DNA of 64,000 nucleotides from Candidatus Krumholzibacteriota bacterium. GTDB taxonomy: Bacteria; Krumholzibacteriota; Krumholzibacteriia; JAJRXK01. The stretch covers positions 1 to 64,000 of the forward strand of contig CAVSGG010000004.1 in assembly GCA_963727455.1 (NCBI GenBank). The letters are read 5' to 3'. Made by a program: the position numbers and the translations under genes. Below the pieces are notes generated by a model. The model saw nothing but the letters and a program-made list of their open reading frames with translations. It did no database searches and had not been told where the DNA came from. Every line of letters begins with the position of its first letter. The first letter of the stretch is position 1. Positions 60,413 through 64,000 of this stretch are shown here, piece by piece.

Positions 60413-60441
60413 TGTATACTTTACTGGCAAGTGGGGTGCAA
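60413..60441 (-). promoter_or_regulatory. Sigma70-type promoter of the candidate ncRNA
   Basis: TTGCAC (60441-60436)-17 nt-TATACA (60418-60413); the predicted start near 60407 coincides with the 5' end of the closing helix. Confidence 0.6.
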
Positions 60442-60560
60442 GTATCTTTTCGGGTATTACACCAAGTGGTAAAGTGCCGCTGGGTGAGAGATCATAGTCT
60501 GATTCTGGACCGTGTGAACGCGCGCCTTGCTTTCCCTCTGCTTGACCGAGGATCGCCTTC

Positions 60561-61697
60561 ATGCCCGCCAACCCCTTTCGCTTCGGAAGCCCCATCGATC
60601 AGGCCCTGCTCGTGGACCGCGAGGCCGAACGCGAGAAGATCCTAGCTATCCTGCTCGAGGCCCGCAATCTGGCCCTGGTTGCCCCGCGGGGCATCGGGAA
60701 GAGTAGTCTCTTGGCCGCGGTGGCACGGGACGGAGCGCAGCGCCAGATGAATACGGCCTACGTGGACCTGCTGCCCGCTTTGAATCCGCGGCGTTTCGCC
60801 GAACTCTACGCCTCGGCCCTCACCCTGAGCCCCTCCCGCACCATGCAGGACACGCAGGAGGCGCTGCGTCGCTTGATTCCCAACTTCTCGCCGCGGGTCA
60901 CCCTCAGCGGCGAGGGCCGCCCCGCCCTCCAGCTGGATCTATGGGACCGCGAACGGGACATCCAGGCCCTGATGGATCGGATTTTCGAGGTTCCGGCGGA
61001 GATGCAGAAGAGGAGCGGGCACCCTCTCAGCATCATCTTCGACGATTTCGAGGACCTCATCGCAGTGGCGGAGCCCGGGTTGCTGCGGGAGTTGGCGACG
61101 GCCGCCCGCAAGCAAATTCACGTGAGCTATGTCTTCGTACTGCGCAAGGACTCCACCATCCAACGTCTCTTCGAGGAGCCGCACAGCCCCTTCTATCGCC
61201 TGGCGGAGTCCATGCGGCTAGAGCCGGTGCCCAAGAACCTCATGGTGGAAGGGCTCGAACAGTTGTTCGTGGAATGCGGGGTGAGTATCGAGCCCGTGCT
61301 GCTGCACGAACTGCTGCGCCTGGCCGATACCATCCCTCACTACGTACAGATGCTGGCACACTCTCTCTTCGAGCAGTCCCGGGAGGACGGCACGGCCACG
61401 GCCAACCACCTCAAGGCTGCGCTCTCCCATGTGCTGGAAGGGCAGGCCTACGCCTTCAAATTCCAATGGGATCAACTCTCTGCCCATCAGAAGACCCTGG
61501 CGCTGGCGATCGCCCAGGGCTTCACCGAAAAGCTGCACTCTCAGAGAATGGTGGTACGATTGGGGCTGGGCTCACCCAGCACCGTGGCGAAGAACCTCCG
61601 CGTGTTGTCCGAGCGTGAAATCCTCAATCGCGACGGTGCGGACATTCGTTTCGTCGATCCCTTCTTCGGTCTGTGGTTGCAGCGCCGCATGAGCTGA
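60561..61697 (+). CDS. AAA-type P-loop ATPase with C-terminal winged helix (archaeal-ATPase-like family)
   Basis: NPFRFG, VDRE, APRGIGKSS Walker A, IIFDDFED Walker B, SPFY, PHYVQ, DPFFGLWL. Confidence 0.85.
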   Translation: MPANPFRFGSPIDQALLVDREAEREKILAILLEARNLALVAPRGIGKSSLLAAVARDGAQRQMNTAYVDLLPALNPRRFAELYASALTLSPSRTMQDTQEALRRLIPNFSPRVTLSGEGRPALQLDLWDRERDIQALMDRIFEVPAEMQKRSGHPLSIIFDDFEDLIAVAEPGLLRELATAARKQIHVSYVFVLRKDSTIQRLFEEPHSPFYRLAESMRLEPVPKNLMVEGLEQLFVECGVSIEPVLLHELLRLADTIPHYVQMLAHSLFEQSREDGTATANHLKAALSHVLEGQAYAFKFQWDQLSAHQKTLALAIAQGFTEKLHSQRMVVRLGLGSPSTVAKNLRVLSEREILNRDGADIRFVDPFFGLWLQRRMS

Positions 61698-61702
61698 GAA
61701 TC

Positions 61703-63718
61703 GTGTCCCTCATCACTCTGCAAAACCTGAGCTTCGACTACGGCCGGCAAGTCATCCTCGACGGAGCCAACCTCACCCTGAATCTGGGAGAGCGCTACGG
61801 TCTGGTGGGCGTGAATGGGGCCGGAAAGAGCACCCTTATCCGGCTTCTGGCCGGTGAGCTGCAGGCTCATCGCGGAGAAGTCCAACGTGCCGCCCGCGTC
61901 TCCGTGGGCTACCTCACGCAGGACACGCAGCTCGAGAGCGACGAACCGTTGCTGCACGCGGTGCGCGCGGCCGCGTTTGCCGAGCTCCTGAGGACCGAGC
62001 GGCGGCTCGAGGAGCTCTCGCAGCGCATGGGCGCGGGCGAACAGGACGAAGAAGTTCTGGAGGAGTATGGACGTCTGCACGAACGCTTCGAGGCGGCCGA
62101 TGGCTACGCCATGCAGGCGCGATGCGAGACCACACTCATGGGGCTCGGCTTTGACGAGAACCGCTTTCAGCAGGCGGTGGTGAGTTTGAGCGGGGGGCAG
62201 AAACGCCGTGCCGCACTGGCGGCGGTGATGCTGGCTTCGCACGACGTGCTTCTCTTGGACGAGCCCACGAACCACCTCGATCTCGAAGCACGGGAGTGGT
62301 TGGAAGAAAACCTCAACGCGCGCAAGGGGGCGTTGATCGCGATCTCCCACGATCGAGCCTTCTTGGACAACACGACCGCCTACACCTTGCATCTCTACAA
62401 CGGCCGACTCGATCGCTTCCAGGGTTCCTACACCAAGTTCATGCGCCAGTGGAAGGATCAAAAATCCGAGTGGGAGTCGCGTTACCGACGTCAGAAAGAA
62501 CAGATCGCCAAAACCGAGGCGTTCATTCGCAAGAACATCGCGGGCCAGCGCACCAATCAAGCCAAGAGCCGTCGCAAGCAGCTGGAGCGGCTGCAACGCA
62601 TCGAGGCGCCCCCCAGCGAGGGCCGGCGGTACCGTTTCGATCTGGAGCCCAAACGCCCGAGCGGACAGGTGGTGTTCGAAGGGAAGGACTTGGGCCACCG
62701 CTTCAAAGACCTGACGCTCTTTTCTGGATTGGAGTTCCAGATTTTGCGCGGCGAGAAGGTGGGCATCATCGGCCCCAACGGAACCGGCAAGACCACGCTC
62801 TTGCGGATCCTGAGTCGCGAACTGGTTCCCAGCCGCGGAAGCATCACCGTGGGTCACAACACCGATTTGGGGTACTACGACCAGAACCTCTCACTGGTCA
62901 ACGACAGTAACACGGTGCTTGGCGAGCTCCGCGCGTTGGATCCCATGGCCAGCGACGGGGATCTGCGCTCGCTCTTGGCCGCCTTTGGATTCGGCGAGGA
63001 CATGATCGACCAGCCGGTGCGTTCCCTCAGCGGCGGCGAGCGAGCGCGACTCTCCCTCTTGCATCTCATTTTCGAACGGCATAACACCATCCTTCTGGAC
63101 GAACCCACCAATCACCTGGACACCGACAGCCGCGAGGCACTGGAGGAGGCCCTCGTCCACTACACCGGCACCCTCATCTGTGTCTCGCACGACCGCTACT
63201 TCCTGAACCGCATCTGCGATCACATCTTCGCCTTCGAGAGTCAGGCTGGGGGAGGGATCGACCCGAGCCGATCGCAGGGTGGGGTACGCCGCTACCTGGG
63301 GAACTACGATGACTATCGGCGCAAACGCAGGCAGGAGGAGGAAGATCGGGCGCATGAGCAGGCGGACTTGCCCAGAAGCGGGCCGGCTTCCGCCAAGCCC
63401 TCCGCCGCCACGGTGAATGTGGCTCCGCGCGGCGACGAACCAGAGGAGGACGCCCCGCTAGAGCTTCAGCCCGGTCTCACCAAGCGGAAGCTCTCGAAGA
63501 ACCAGCTCGGAAAAATCCGTCGGGAGATTCAGGATTTGGAAGAGGAGATCTCACTGCTCGAGGCGGAACTCGAAGTCCTCAGCAAGCGCATGAGCAGTGG
63601 GGAGCTCGACTCGACAGGGATGGCCAAGGCGGCGCAAGACGCGGGTCGATTCGAGTCTAGCTTGAGCGCTAAGATGCAACGCTGGGAAGATTTGAATCGC
63701 CTCATGGAGCGTCACTGA
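61703..63718 (+). CDS. ABC-F family ribosome-associated ATPase
   Basis: Two ABC domains (GVNGAGKST/LSGGQ/LDEPTNHLD and GPNGTGKTT/LSGGE/LDEPTNHLD), no TM segments, C-terminal coiled coil. Confidence 0.94.
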   Translation: MSLITLQNLSFDYGRQVILDGANLTLNLGERYGLVGVNGAGKSTLIRLLAGELQAHRGEVQRAARVSVGYLTQDTQLESDEPLLHAVRAAAFAELLRTERRLEELSQRMGAGEQDEEVLEEYGRLHERFEAADGYAMQARCETTLMGLGFDENRFQQAVVSLSGGQKRRAALAAVMLASHDVLLLDEPTNHLDLEAREWLEENLNARKGALIAISHDRAFLDNTTAYTLHLYNGRLDRFQGSYTKFMRQWKDQKSEWESRYRRQKEQIAKTEAFIRKNIAGQRTNQAKSRRKQLERLQRIEAPPSEGRRYRFDLEPKRPSGQVVFEGKDLGHRFKDLTLFSGLEFQILRGEKVGIIGPNGTGKTTLLRILSRELVPSRGSITVGHNTDLGYYDQNLSLVNDSNTVLGELRALDPMASDGDLRSLLAAFGFGEDMIDQPVRSLSGGERARLSLLHLIFERHNTILLDEPTNHLDTDSREALEEALVHYTGTLICVSHDRYFLNRICDHIFAFESQAGGGIDPSRSQGGVRRYLGNYDDYRRKRRQEEEDRAHEQADLPRSGPASAKPSAATVNVAPRGDEPEEDAPLELQPGLTKRKLSKNQLGKIRREIQDLEEEISLLEAELEVLSKRMSSGELDSTGMAKAAQDAGRFESSLSAKMQRWEDLNRLMERH

Positions 63719-63783
63719 CACGCCTTTCTTATACTGACACTTGTCGGAAAACCAAGAACGAGTGGCTGTGAAGGGGGAAATCC

Positions 63784-64000
63784 ATGGTCGTGGAACGCGA
63801 AGCCAGGGTTCTCGCCGTGGTTCTGGCCGGTGGACGCGGGCAACGTTTACATCCGTTGACCATGGAACGCTCCAAACCCGCGGTACCCTTCGGCGGGAAG
63901 TGGCGCATAATCGACTTCGTTCTCAGCAATTTGGTGAACTCGGGACTACAGAGCATCTACGTACTGACACAGTACAAGGCGCAGTCTCTTCTCGAACATC
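63784..64000 (+). CDS. glgC: Glucose-1-phosphate adenylyltransferase, 5' part (runs off the window)
   Basis: [41 protein letters not shown]...[10 protein letters not shown]; absent from the ORF track because there is no stop in the window. Confidence 0.93.
   Translation, partial: MVVEREARVLAVVLAGGRGQRLHPLTMERSKPAVPFGGKWRIIDFVLSNLVNSGLQSIYVLTQYKAQSLLEH

Overview
A gene-dense, GC-rich 64 kb stretch of a Gram-negative bacterial chromosome with about 48 real CDSs. Most other ORFs in the track are shadow frames. A secreted FG-GAP protein ending in an AQNYPNPFNP/FlgD-Ig domain and secreted proteins ending in an S(W/L)GxLKxxW tail suggest an FCB-superphylum candidate lineage such as Krumholzibacteriota, Eisenbacteria or Latescibacterota (inference). 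I found no tRNA, rRNA, CRISPR array, transposase or integrase. Main contents: peptidases (S9 with one homopolymer frameshift, M1, M16, signal-peptide-bearing M3B); a surface-protein operon; thiC; a translationally coupled OlsB-like + OlsA-like + alpha/beta-hydrolase-DedA-ATP-grasp operon; a CxxU Rdx/SelW selenoprotein split by the ORF caller; dps/oxyR; yitJ plus a radical SAM gene; a complete class I benzoyl-CoA reductase cluster (had-oah-dch-bcrCBAD-SDR); FTCD; glpQ-glpD; an ABC-F gene; and the start of glgC. Best candidates for something undescribed: (1) the amino-lipid acyltransferase / ATP-grasp / DedA operon, (2) a free-standing, multibranched ~290 nt RNA with its own promoter and terminator at 60.1-60.4 kb, and (3) the C-terminal SWG tail as a possible protein-sorting signal. 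All calls come from reading motifs by eye; no searches or folding programs were run.
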